Position numbers and translations under genes: made by a program | Notes under the pieces: model-generated | Seen by the model: only the letters and a program-made list of their open reading frames with translations | Database searches by the model: none | What the model was told of the DNA's origin: nothing | NCBI GenBank assembly: GCA_963802565.1 | Contig: CAWDJR010000019.1 | Span: 44,870-108,869, forward strand | DNA: 64,000 bases | Direction of reading: 5' to 3' | DNA from: an uncultured Acidobacteriaceae bacterium | Lineage (GTDB): Bacteria; Acidobacteriota; Terriglobia; Terriglobales; Acidobacteriaceae | Part shown: positions 9,770 to 20,973 of the stretch, piece after piece | Layout of the letters: each line of letters opens with the position of its first letter | Position numbering within the stretch: position 1 is the stretch's first letter

Positions 9770-10993
9770 CTAGCGGTTCTCCCCTTGCGGCGTCGCGGGC
9801 GGCGTTGTGCTCGGGCTGCTCTCGGGAGCTTTCGGCGCAGGCTTCTTCTTCGGCGCGGTCTGATCGCTGGAGGCTGCGCCCTGGTTGCCTTCCGGGGCTG
9901 CAGGAAGGTTCGGCGTCGTGGCGTTCCCGGGCGTAAATCTGTCCGGATGAATAGCCACTGGCGGACGCGATACCGGGTTTGGATTTGACGTGTCGTTCAA
10001 CGGTTGCTGATCTGGAGGCACGTTAGGCACGGTCAGTCCCGGCAGCTTTTCCGCCATGCCTTCGGATGTTTTCTGCTGCTCCGCTTCGGCGCCCTTCAAA
10101 GCCTCGCTGGTTGCAATGTCCTGCTGCTGGTCCGGCGGGAACCGCGGTTCAGTGGAAGTGATCACCAGCACTTCGTCCAGCTGGTCGAGATGCGCGGCCG
10201 GCTTCACGATGACTTCCACAAATCCGTCGCGTTCCGGATCATTCAAGACTTTTTCCACCACGCCTACGGGCAATCCGCGCGGAAAAATCTGGTCGCCGCC
10301 GGCCGTCAGCACCTTGTCGCCTGGCTTGATGCGCTGATCTCGAATCACATCTTCTATCTGTGGCTGGCCGGCTCCGTTGCCGCGCAGAATGCCGCGAATG
10401 CGCGTCGTCTCCAGAATCACGCCCGCGCCGCTGGACTGGTCGTTGATCGCCAGCACCTGTGCGCTGTGCGGAAACACGTCGCGAATCTTGCCCACGATTC
10501 CGTCCGCCGTGATGACCGCCATGTCGCGGTCGATGCCTTCAGCCTTGCCCTTGTCGATGTAGAAAACGCGCGATTGATCTGTCCCGCTAGTGCCGATAGC
10601 CTGCGCCGCGACAGTTTTATAGATGTATTTCTGCTGAAAATTCAGCAGTGCCTGCAGACGCTGGCCCTGTTTAGCGTCTTCCAGCAGAGCTGCCTGCTCC
10701 AGTCGCAGCCGGTCTACCGTCTTCTGCAGGTCCGCATTCTGCTGCCGCACATGCCGCAGGTCGATGTAGTTGTTCCACAGCCAGGAGACGCCGGAGCCTG
10801 AAGAGTGAAGAGCCCGTTCAGGCGGAGACACAAGGGAATTGGCCCAGAGACGAATGAGCTGTACGCTGTGCCCATCGCGCCAGCTTGTCCGCCGACTGGT
10901 GCGGCGTACCTGCATGGCAAGCCCCAGAATCTGCGCCACCAGCAACGCCAGCAGCACCACCAGATTCCGATAGCGAACGAAAAACGATTCCAT
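9770..10993 (-). CDS. mreC: rod shape-determining protein MreC with Pro-rich C-terminal tail
   Basis: N-terminal TM segment, coiled-coil region (LQKTVDRLRLEQAALLED), and a beta-barrel core with VITADGIVGKI and GDKVLTAGGDQIFPRGLPVGVV. Located between mreB and mreD. Confidence 0.85.
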   Translation of the reverse strand: MESFFVRYRNLVVLLALLVAQILGLAMQVRRTSRRTSWRDGHSVQLIRLWANSLVSPPERALHSSGSGVSWLWNNYIDLRHVRQQNADLQKTVDRLRLEQAALLEDAKQGQRLQALLNFQQKYIYKTVAAQAIGTSGTDQSRVFYIDKGKAEGIDRDMAVITADGIVGKIRDVFPHSAQVLAINDQSSGAGVILETTRIRGILRGNGAGQPQIEDVIRDQRIKPGDKVLTAGGDQIFPRGLPVGVVEKVLNDPERDGFVEVIVKPAAHLDQLDEVLVITSTEPRFPPDQQQDIATSEALKGAEAEQQKTSEGMAEKLPGLTVPNVPPDQQPLNDTSNPNPVSRPPVAIHPDRFTPGNATTPNLPAAPEGNQGAASSDQTAPKKKPAPKAPESSPSTTPPATPQGENR

Positions 10994-11000
10994 GGGGAGT

Positions 11001-12195
<1,195 letters not shown>

Positions 12196-12470
12196 TCAAC
12201 CTCAATTAAGATTGTACGGCCAACAGGCAATGCAGCAAAAACCACCGATGGTAATCAGGATAGGAGGGAGCTTTGTAAATAACCCTTTGTAGCTACCCCT
12301 GGAGTTATGTGAGTTAGCCGTATTGACAGAAACGTCAGGTAGCCGACCCACGCAAGTCTATGAACCGATCATGCCCGCTGCGGAGGCGAACTCCGCCCCG
12401 GTGCGCTAAAATCAAGTGTTATTGTGCCCATCAGGCGATGCTTGCCAACCCATGTTCGGCAAGCCTCGGT

Positions 12471-12488
12471 CCACTGATCACTGTCCAC
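12471..12488. repeat. solitary CAGTGNN-heptamer arm
   Basis: ccactgatcactgtccac is identical to part of the 11083-11114 array. It lies 36 nt upstream of the aldehyde dehydrogenase start. Confidence 0.5.
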
Positions 12489-12523
12489 AACACTACGAAC
12501 CAAGAACTCAGAACTGAGACTCA

Positions 12524-14016
12524 ATGACCTACCCCACCTACCACAATCTGATCGGCGGCGAGTGGCTTCCGGCTGCCAGCGGCAAGACCATCCTAAACGT
12601 GAATCCTGCCGACCACGACGATATCGTCGGATCATTTCCGGCTTCGGACGCTGAAGACGTGGACCGCGCCGTGGCAGCGGCGAAGAAGGCCTTCGCCACC
12701 TGGCGCCTGGTCCCCGCGCCCAAGCGAGCGGAGATTCTGCTGCGCGCAGGCATTCTTGTTGCAGCAGCGCAAGGAGCAGTATGCCCACGACATGACGCGC
12801 GAAATGGGAAAGGTGCTGGCCGAGACACGCGGCGACGTGCAGGAAGCCATCGACGAGGCCTTTTATGTTGCCGGCGAAGGCCGCCGACTCTTTGGCCAGA
12901 CCACGCCCTCCGAGTTGCAGAACAAGTTCGCCATGAGCGTCCGCATGCCGGTAGGCGTGGTCGGCCTGATCACGCCGTGGAACTTCCCCATGGCCATTCC
13001 CAGCTGGAAGCTCTTTCCCGCGCTGGTGTCCGGCAACACATGCGTAATCAAGCCCGCAACGGACACGCCGCTCTCTATTTACAACCTGGTGCAGACGCTG
13101 GTCGATGCCGGGCTGCCTCCGGGCGTGGTGAACATTGTCAGCGGCAGCGGCAGCGGCGCAGGCAGCGCGCTCGTCGAGCATCCCGATGTCCGCGCCATCA
13201 GCTTTACAGGCTCCAGCGAAGTGGGCTCTCACGTCGCCCAGCGCGCCGCCGCGACCTTCAAGCCTGTTTCGCTCGAGATGGGCGGCAAGAACGCGCAGAT
13301 CGTGCTCGATGATGCCAATCTCGAACTCGCGCTCGACGGCGCGCTGTGGGGATCTTTTGGAACGACAGGACAGCGCTGCACCGCCACCAGCCGCATCCTG
13401 CTGCAGAAGGGAATCGCTGCCAAATTCACGAAGGAGTTTGTCGCCCGCGCTAGGGCTCTCAAGATCGGCAATGGTCTCGACGAATCCGTGCAGGTCGGCC
13501 CGCAAGTCAACAAGAGCCAGATCGAAACTTCGGCCAGGTATGTTGAGATCGCGCGCGACCGACGGCGGAAAGATTCTCTGCGGCGGCCACGCACTTACCA
13601 ATGGCCATCATGCCAAGGGCACATTCTTCGAGCCAACCGTCGTCGGCGGCGTGACGCATACCATGCGCATCGCGCGCGAGGAGGTCTTCGGGCCGGTCGT
13701 CTCGTTGCTTGAATTCGACACCTTCGAGCAAGCCATCGAGATCGCCAACTCCATCGACTACGGTCTGTCGACCGCGCTCTACACGAAGGATGTGAATCGC
13801 GCCTTCACCGCGATTCGCGATCTGGAGGCGGGCATCACCTATATCAACGCGCCGACCATCGGCGCTGAGGTGCATCTGCCCTTCGGCGGCGTCAAGCACA
13901 CCGGCAACGGCCATCGCGAAGGCAACGGCGCCATCGACTTCTTCACTACATGGAAAGCGGTCTACGTCGATTACTCCGACAAGCTACAGCGCGCTCAGAT
14001 CGACAACGCGGAGTAA
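12524..14016 (+). CDS. NAD(P)-dependent aldehyde dehydrogenase; two frame interruptions (near 12757 and near 13545-13560)
   Basis: ORFs 12524..13312, 12756..13712 and 13135..14016 each carry a consecutive third of an ALDH. Recognisable blocks are LIGGEW..., [30 protein letters not shown] and EEVFGPV...[11 protein letters not shown]. Confidence 0.85.
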
Positions 14017-14043
14017 CCTAAATCCATTTCAATTCCCGAAAAT

Positions 14044-14079
14044 CTGGGTGCCCCAGGTCTCGATTCTGAGACCTGGGAT
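14044..14079 (-). repeat. 36-nt palindromic element, copy 1 (intergenic; may also act as the ALDH terminator hairpin)
   Basis: The reverse complement reads atcccaggtctc-agaatc-gagacctggggcacccag, with a 10-bp perfect stem (14052-14061 paired with 14068-14077). It is 34/36 identical to 60664-60699 and 33/36 identical to 44730-44765. Confidence 0.8.
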
Positions 14080-14194
14080 TCCATCGCCTCACCCCGCAAA
14101 TCCATCCTTCCAACGACCCCATTCCTGCCGAGATTCGTCTCACGTATATACATGCGCTCTTAATGCGTCCCTCATTCCCCGGAGGTCCCCTCTT

Positions 14195-15674
14195 ATGCGT
14201 CCATTCCTGCAATTTCTCCCGACAATCATCTTTGTTATCAGCACCACGTTTGCCAGTGCCCAGGCGGCACCCGATCCGCAGAACACGACACATCAGGACC
14301 TCAACCTCAAAAGCCTGCTTACCGCGCCGGTGCTGAAACTGTCCGAAGCTTTCACCCGGGACAACGCCCTCCGTCCAGATTCGCGCATCAATCAGAACTA
14401 CAGTTCCGCGCCTGCAACCCCGCTCGTATTCACCAGCCCCGTCTTCAATCAGTCGATCTCCGATACCGCCACCCAGGTGCAGACTTCGACAGCGCAGGGC
14501 GATCCTTACGTCACACCCGTCACCCGCATCATTTCCTCGGACGCGGGCGTAAACGACACCGCGCCGCTCTACACCTACCACAACTGCAACTACACGGTCG
14601 CGAACTCGGCGGCGCCCTGCGTGGGCGCATTCATGGTGTCGCAGAACAACCCCGGCGATCTGCACAACGGCGTGTGGGGCATCAATCCCATTGCAATCCA
14701 GCGTCACGGCAGCACGAACTCTCTCACTTACGGCGTCGAAGCCAACGTCTTCAACGAAACAGGACTCGACCCCGGCCCTCCCGGCAAGACCATCTCCCGC
14801 CACGAGCCAGATCTTCGGCATTGCCGCCACCATCGCCGGCAACGCCACGGGAGTTACGCACGGAACCTCCGCTTTCCTCGCCACCGACGAAAACAGCGGC
14901 TCCTACTGGTACGACGGCCTGTGGGTCGAACGCGCCATCTATGCGGCGCTCGAAGCCGGGCCCGTCGGCGGAGGCTCCGATCTGCAATGGTCCGTCGTTT
15001 CGAACGCCACCGGCAGCGCCAGCCCGCAGCGCAACTTCGCCAGCATTCCGCAGGCCGACATTGCATCCTCCTGGAACGGCCACGCTTCAGTTCTCGAAGT
15101 TCTCAAGCGCCAGTTCGTTCCGAGTTCAGCTACGCACCCCTCAGGCTGCTACGACTACACATTTTCGACCGCTCTGCGGCAGCAGTTCTGCGACGACGGC
15201 AGCAACGTCTTTCTTCCCGCGTCCAACGCAGCTGCCATCCGCATCACACCCGATGCCAATGGAGAAGACGGAGCGGCGGTCTCCGTGACCAACGCGGCCA
15301 ATAGCGCTTACACGTTCCTCGTGCAGAAGAACGGCGCCACCACCATCGACAACTCTCTCACCGTCAACAGCGCGGCGCGGGCCTCTTCCTTCCAGATCGG
15401 ACCGCACACGGTTCTGCCGGCGAACCTCGATGGCTATCACGGCTCAGGTTCCCGCGTTCAGATCAGCGATGGCAGCGGCCGCGACGGAAATTTGCCCAGC
15501 TACGATTCGGCAGGCAATGTCACCGACAGCGGTGTCTCCGCCGCTCAACTTCCTGTCGCTTCTCCGAAAGCCGCGGCAGGTCACGTCGCCTGTATCAAGG
15601 CACTCGGGCCGCCCGTCCAGATCGGCTCGTGCTCCACCAGCCCCGACGCCAACGGCGCATGCTCATGCAACTGA
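14195..15674 (+). CDS. hypothetical secreted protein; one frame interruption near 14780-14800
   Basis: ATG 14195 is preceded by GGAGG and followed by a signal peptide (MRPFLQFLPTIIFVISTTFASAQA). The N-terminal part is in ORF 14048..15304 and the rest in ORF 14691..15674. Composition is Ser/Thr/Asn/Gly-rich with a Cys-containing C-terminus. No family recognised. Confidence 0.5.
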
Positions 15675-16135
15675 GTGATGACTCCACCCAGCCCGTGTCA
15701 TCCCGACGGACCGAAATGGTCGTACTTCCAGGGTCTAATTCCCTGCAAACTTTTGTGGAAAACTGCAAATATTGGAGGGGGGGTGGGGGTGTACCCCTTT
15801 TCCGCCCATTGAGCCGCTGGGCGAACATTTCGCGGCTCACGATGATTGTGCCTTAAACGGAGTTAATTGCCTGCAAAACTGCGCGGGGATTTTGCTGTGT
15901 GGAATGTGCAGGTTGAAGCGTTGGCCGGCGATGGCACTGTTGACACGAGGCGGAATTTAGAAGTGCGGGCAATCCAGGGACGCGCAGCCATAGTCACGAG
16001 GTTCCCCGAGATGGTCCCGCCCGAGTGACCGCTCGTCAAGATCGGAAGTTGCACCATTTTTGGTAATGTCCGGTGAGTCCACCACACACCAACAGCTCAC
16101 CAACAGCGTCGAATCTGATAAACAGAGGAGTACCA

Positions 16136-16537
16136 ATGAGCCTCACATCCAGTCTTCGCTGCGCCGTGTTAATTGCGGTTTTGACGGTAGACGCAACGCT
16201 TCCAGCCAAAGGACAGAAACGTGAAGAAACGTCGCTGTGCAACATTGCGGCAAGAGTCGACGATTTCAGAGGGCAACCTGTAACCGTTAGAGCCAGAATC
16301 TATTCCGGGGGTGTTCACGGATGGTATATCGCTGACGAAGCATGCATGCGATTTGGAGTTGCTCTGTTTCTGGCGGCCGATGTTCAGGGGAGTGAGGCTT
16401 TCTATAAGTCAGTGAACTTTGTCGGCACATTTACCGGAACGTTTGAAATCCAGAAAGACGGTGAGTCTCCGCCCCGAATCTTGAGAGTTCAAAGCATGCA
16501 TGGATTCTCGTCGGAAGCAATTGAGTCAAACAAATAG
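16136..16537 (+). CDS. hypothetical small secreted protein
   Basis: ATG 16136 follows GAGGAG. Signal-like N-terminus MSLTSSLRCAVLIAVLTVDATLPA. No homology recognised. Confidence 0.45.
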   Translation: MSLTSSLRCAVLIAVLTVDATLPAKGQKREETSLCNIAARVDDFRGQPVTVRARIYSGGVHGWYIADEACMRFGVALFLAADVQGSEAFYKSVNFVGTFTGTFEIQKDGESPPRILRVQSMHGFSSEAIESNK

Positions 16538-16603
16538 TGCTGTTCCGAGTGAGTCACCGTCTACCCTTCCCTAGCCGGTCTAGGAAGAGTCGGCCACCAT
16601 ACA

Positions 16604-17386
16604 TCAGGCATTCAGAGGGTGATTCGCGGTCCTCGACTGTCTTCGTCCCGCATAAACAACTACTCCCACAAGGACGCAAATTGCGATCAGACACAATGGA
16701 ACCATGATCATTTGTCTTCGGCTGGTTCTCTCGAAGTCTTCCAGAGAATTTGTCTGTGGGTGATTGGTATCGAAGAAGACTGTAACCTGATTTCCAACCG
16801 CGCCTGAGCCGGTTGCCGGTGTACCTGCTCCTGCAAATGAGCGACCCCGAAATGCAAAGGTGAATCGACATGGGGAAGGTTGGCAGTCCGCAATGACGCC
16901 CTCACTCTTCATCTCGCGTCTAGCTATTCCCGCGTTCTGACGCGCACTGGAGATCGAAGCCACCATCGCAATGAGCAGAGGTATCGTGAGGACCAGTACC
17001 CACCACGAATCAGGGAACAGACGGGAGATATTTAGCAGCCTGCTTTGGCGCATGATGAACCACGCGAAGACAACTCCGGCGATCAACGTCACGAGGGCCA
17101 TCGAGAATGCGAGTGTCTCCCCAGCAATTTCAGACATACCCATGATCGGCACAAACAGTGCGAAAGAGGCTCCAATCGGTATCGCCGCCCGAACCACAAT
17201 CTGAAGAGACTGTCGCTCAAGGGTTGTGCGACGTCCTTTGATCAGAGTCCCTACCAATAGGGTCAACAGAGCGATTGGATATGCAACGAGGCCGAGCGGA
17301 ATGCCGAACAGGAAGCCTCTGAGCACATCGATGGCATCACCTGGGTGCTGGTTTAATGCCTCTGGATACAAAACGATCACTGCCAT
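16604..17386 (-). CDS. hypothetical membrane protein, DUF3592-like C-terminal module
   Basis: Several TM segments are followed by ...CRFTFAFRGRSFAGAG...GNQVTVFFDTNHPQTNSL and a final TM helix. This arrangement recalls DUF3592 proteins, judged by eye only. Confidence 0.45.
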   Translation of the reverse strand: MAVIVLYPEALNQHPGDAIDVLRGFLFGIPLGLVAYPIALLTLLVGTLIKGRRTTLERQSLQIVVRAAIPIGASFALFVPIMGMSEIAGETLAFSMALVTLIAGVVFAWFIMRQSRLLNISRLFPDSWWVLVLTIPLLIAMVASISSARQNAGIARREMKSEGVIADCQPSPCRFTFAFRGRSFAGAGTPATGSGAVGNQVTVFFDTNHPQTNSLEDFERTSRRQMIMVPLCLIAICVLVGVVVYAGRRQSRTANHPLNA

Positions 17387-17708
17387 ACCCTTTCATTGAT
17401 CCGAGGAACACGATAGCACCAACGCAGCGCAAATTCCGTGGTTCCGGTTGGGTAACCGCCTACTCCGTCGAAACTCATCGACTCCAGATGAGTTTCATCC
17501 ATATAGGTGGGTCGCAGACCCATGCAGAACTCGGAAATAACTACTTGAGCAACACCTGCCGCGAGGTGTTGTCAAAGATACGACTTCCAAGTGGGCCACA
17601 ACCCGACTGGAACCCAATTTTGGCGATCCCCGCAAAATCGATATCCAGTTAGTTCTGAAATTGTTTCCAAAACATCAATCCTCCAAATTTCTTTCCCCTC
17701 CCCTTGCG

Positions 17709-17742
17709 CTTCTACAGGAAGTGTCGTACCTTCATGTAGAAG
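17709..17742. promoter_or_regulatory. inverted repeat upstream of padR, candidate operator
   Basis: cttctaca (17709-17716) and tgtagaag (17735-17742) are perfect 8-bp inverted repeats. The right arm ends 13 nt before the padR ATG. Confidence 0.3.
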
Positions 17743-17755
17743 TGAAAGGGGAGGT

Positions 17756-18088
17756 ATGACAGCTCCGCATATTGATCTTCCTCAAGGAACTCTGGATCTG
17801 CTGATTCTGCGAACGCTTGCCCTCGGGCGACAACATGGATGGGCCATCTCCGAGCGTGTGCAGCAGATGTCGAGTGACGTGCTGCGGATTCAGCAAGGCT
17901 CGCTGTACCCTGCTCTTCACCGGCTGGAGCGTCGCGGCTTGATCAAGGCTCACTGGGGGACTTCGGAGAACAACCGCCGTGCCAAATATTACGAGCTCTC
18001 GAAGAATGGGCGTCAGCAACTCGAAGTAGAGACAGACGCCTGGGCAAAACTGACGGCCGCTGTGGCCCAGGTGCTGGGAACGGCTTAG
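17756..18088 (+). CDS. PadR-family transcriptional regulator
   Basis: ATG 17756 follows GGGGAGG. The sequence [25 protein letters not shown]...[21 protein letters not shown]...[14 protein letters not shown] is the canonical PadR winged-helix signature. Confidence 0.85.
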   Translation: MTAPHIDLPQGTLDLLILRTLALGRQHGWAISERVQQMSSDVLRIQQGSLYPALHRLERRGLIKAHWGTSENNRRAKYYELSKNGRQQLEVETDAWAKLTAAVAQVLGTA

Positions 18089-18098
18089 GAGGATCGAC

Positions 18099-20855
18099 AT
18101 GCTGAGCGATTTGATTTTCCGTCTTCGATCTCTGTTTCGGCGGAGCGCCGTTGAAAGCGAACTCGACGATGAGCTGCAATTTCATGTTGAGCAGCAGGTG
18201 GAGAAGCTCATTCGATCGGGCCTCACGCGGCAGGACGCCTTGCGGCAAACTCGGCTCAAGTTCGGCGCCATGGATCATGTCAAGGAGGACTGCCGGGAAT
18301 CGCGCGGCGTTACATTTCTCGAAACGACAGGCCGGGATATTCGCTATGCGCTGCGGCAGCTAAGCAGGACTCCGGCATTCACAATTACGGTGCTGCTGAC
18401 ACTGGCATTGGGAATCGGTGCAAATGCCGCGATCTTCACGCTCGTGAATGCGGTGCTCTTGAAAAAGCTGCCGGTCGCCGATCCTGCATCGCTGGTGCGC
18501 CTGGGCGATAACAACGATTGCTGCGTGGGTTCAGGGAATCGGCAGGATGGCGACTTTGCCATGTTCTCGACCGACACGTATCAACAACTGAAGAAAAATG
18601 TTCCGGAATTTGAAGAACTGGCGGCCATGCAGGCGGGGTTTTGGGGTCGCACTATTATTGCGAGGCGCGACGGCGCGCAGGTCGCCGCACGCTCAGTGGC
18701 CGCGGAGTTTGTCTCCGGCAACTACTTCCGCACCTTTGGGCTTCAGCCACGCGCGGGTCGCCTGTTGATGGATGCAGACGATACCCAGGGCGCACCCATG
18801 ACAGCAGTGATGAGCTATGAGGCCTGGCAGCGCAATTACGCGGGCGATGCTTCGGTGGTGGGAAGTACATTCTGGATAAATACAAAGCCGGTTACGGTGG
18901 TTGGCATTGTGCCTGAAGGCTTCTACGGCGACCGCATGTCGGTCAATCCAGCGGAATTCTACCTGCCGATCGAGGCGATGCCGGTGCTGGCGAATTCTCC
19001 GTACGTTCACGATCCCGAAGAGGATTGGCTCTACATTATTGGTCGCATCAAGCCAGGGGTGGCGATGGCTCCCCTTCAACAAAAGGTCACGGGACTGTTG
19101 CAACAGGCACTGGCAACGAACGAAGAGTTTTCATCGGAGCAGGGAAAGAGGACGCTGGCGAAAGTGCGCGTGGTGCTGACGCCGGGCGGCGCGGGAATCC
19201 AGGCGATGCAGGAGTGGTATGGATCAAAGCTGCATCTGTTGATGGGGATTGCCGGCCTCGTGCTGTTGATTGCGTGCGCCAATATAGCGAATCTTCTCCT
19301 GGTGCGTGGCATGGCACGGCGCGCTGAGATCTCGATGCGGGCAGCGCTGGGAGCCATGCGCGGAAGAATCATTCGTCAATTGCTTACGGAAAGCATCGTA
19401 CTGGCCGGATTGGGCGGTATCGCCGGACTTGGCGTGGCCTATGCGGGAGCGCGCATGCTGCTGATGCTGGCATTTCCCGGAGCGGAAAGCATACCGATCC
19501 ACACCGGCCCGTCGCTCTCAGTGCTGGAGTTCGCGTGTGGTCTGTCGCTGCTGACGGGAGTTCTCTTCGGCGTGGCGCCGGCGTGGATTGCAGCGCAGGC
19601 GGGTCCGATCGACGCAGTGCGGCACAGCAACCGAACGACGGCGATGGGCGCTTCTGTTTTGCAACGTGGATTGGTCGTGGTTCAGGTCGGACTCTCGCTG
19701 GTGCTGCTGGTTGTGGCCGGATTGTTTCTGCAGAGCCTGAAAAAACTCGAAGGCACAGACCTGAAGCTCGACGCGAGAAACCGCTATATCGTGCACATCA
19801 ATCCTCAAACCGCAGGCTATTCGCAAACCCAACTTGAGGCACTGTACCGGACTATGGAGGAGCGCTTCCATGCGCTGCCGGGCGTGATGAAAGTGGGCAT
19901 CGCCTCGTATACGCCGATGGAAGATAACAACAACGGCTGGGGCGTACAGGTGCAGGGACAGCCCTACCTGAATGTTGGAGCCTCAGTCATTCGGGCGAAT
20001 GCGGAGTATTTCGATTCTGTCGGAACGCGGGTGGTGATGGGGCGCGGGATCGATGCGCGGGATACGCCGGCCTCTACCGCCGTCGCCGTGGTGAACCAGA
20101 CATTTGTCAAAGACTTGTTCAAGCCAGGCGAGAATCCGATCGGACGTCATTTTGGACATCCTGGGCCAGATTCGACTGGAGACTTTGAGATCGTCGGAGT
20201 GGTGGAAGATACGGTCTACACCAGCGTGCGCAAGAAGGATCACCTGATGTACTTCGTTCCGATGATGCAGAGGCCGAAAAGCGCGAAAGCGCCGATTGAA
20301 AAGGATGATTCGCTCTATCTGGGATCGATTGTGCTTGCCACCGATCATCCGATGAACGACATGGAGAAAATTGTCCGGGCCACGCTTGCCGACATCAATC
20401 CAAACCTGACGGTAGCGCAGCTTCAGACTTTCAACGAGCAGATTGCCGACCGGTTTACCGAGGAGCGGATGATCTCGCGACTGTCGACGCTGTTTGGCGC
20501 ATTGGCGCTGCTGCTGGCGGTCATTGGCTTGTATGGCGTGACTGCCTATTCCGTGGTGCGGCGGACGCCGGAGATTGGTATCCGCATGGCGCTCGGTGCG
20601 GAGCGCGGCGGTGTGATTGCGATGGTGATGCGCGGAGCAATGATTCAAGCCGCGCTGGGGCTGGCAATCGGAATCCCAGTGGCGCTGCTCTGCGTGCGAT
20701 TTGTGAAATCTCAGCTTTATGAGATCAGCAGCGCAGACTTCAACGTGATGGCTGGCGCAATTCTGACCCTGGCTTTGGCGGCATTCATTGCTGGAGTCAT
20801 TCCGGCACGTCGTGCTGCGTCTATAAATCCAGTCAGAGCTCTGAGAATGGACTAG
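18099..20855 (+). CDS. ADOP-family duplicated FtsX/MacB-like ABC permease
   Basis: Intact 918-aa ORF. It has the characteristic N-terminal prefix (LRSLFRRSAVESELDDELQFHVE...) and two MacB-like periplasmic plus FtsX 4-TM modules. It is immediately downstream of padR, as is typical in Acidobacteria. Confidence 0.85.
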   Translation: MLSDLIFRLRSLFRRSAVESELDDELQFHVEQQVEKLIRSGLTRQDALRQTRLKFGAMDHVKEDCRESRGVTFLETTGRDIRYALRQLSRTPAFTITVLLTLALGIGANAAIFTLVNAVLLKKLPVADPASLVRLGDNNDCCVGSGNRQDGDFAMFSTDTYQQLKKNVPEFEELAAMQAGFWGRTIIARRDGAQVAARSVAAEFVSGNYFRTFGLQPRAGRLLMDADDTQGAPMTAVMSYEAWQRNYAGDASVVGSTFWINTKPVTVVGIVPEGFYGDRMSVNPAEFYLPIEAMPVLANSPYVHDPEEDWLYIIGRIKPGVAMAPLQQKVTGLLQQALATNEEFSSEQGKRTLAKVRVVLTPGGAGIQAMQEWYGSKLHLLMGIAGLVLLIACANIANLLLVRGMARRAEISMRAALGAMRGRIIRQLLTESIVLAGLGGIAGLGVAYAGARMLLMLAFPGAESIPIHTGPSLSVLEFACGLSLLTGVLFGVAPAWIAAQAGPIDAVRHSNRTTAMGASVLQRGLVVVQVGLSLVLLVVAGLFLQSLKKLEGTDLKLDARNRYIVHINPQTAGYSQTQLEALYRTMEERFHALPGVMKVGIASYTPMEDNNNGWGVQVQGQPYLNVGASVIRANAEYFDSVGTRVVMGRGIDARDTPASTAVAVVNQTFVKDLFKPGENPIGRHFGHPGPDSTGDFEIVGVVEDTVYTSVRKKDHLMYFVPMMQRPKSAKAPIEKDDSLYLGSIVLATDHPMNDMEKIVRATLADINPNLTVAQLQTFNEQIADRFTEERMISRLSTLFGALALLLAVIGLYGVTAYSVVRRTPEIGIRMALGAERGGVIAMVMRGAMIQAALGLAIGIPVALLCVRFVKSQLYEISSADFNVMAGAILTLALAAFIAGVIPARRAASINPVRALRMD

Positions 20856-20973
20856 TTCGAAAGGGATTGGACCTGACCGAAATGACGGCGAAGAAGCTGC
20901 ATGCAACTCTGTCGTTGCAGGTTGAAAAGCTAAAAGCTGGAAGCCGAATGAAGGACGCTGATCGCTGCGGTCA

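Noticed and set aside
12369-13601. 410-aa ORF on the minus strand
   Set aside because: It is antisense to the well-supported aldehyde dehydrogenase. Its composition is dominated by R/A/G/H, as expected for the reverse frame of a high-G+C gene, and it has no recognisable motifs.
19983-20906. 307-aa minus-strand ORF
   Set aside because: It is antisense to the intact ADOP permease and has His/Arg-rich shadow-ORF composition.
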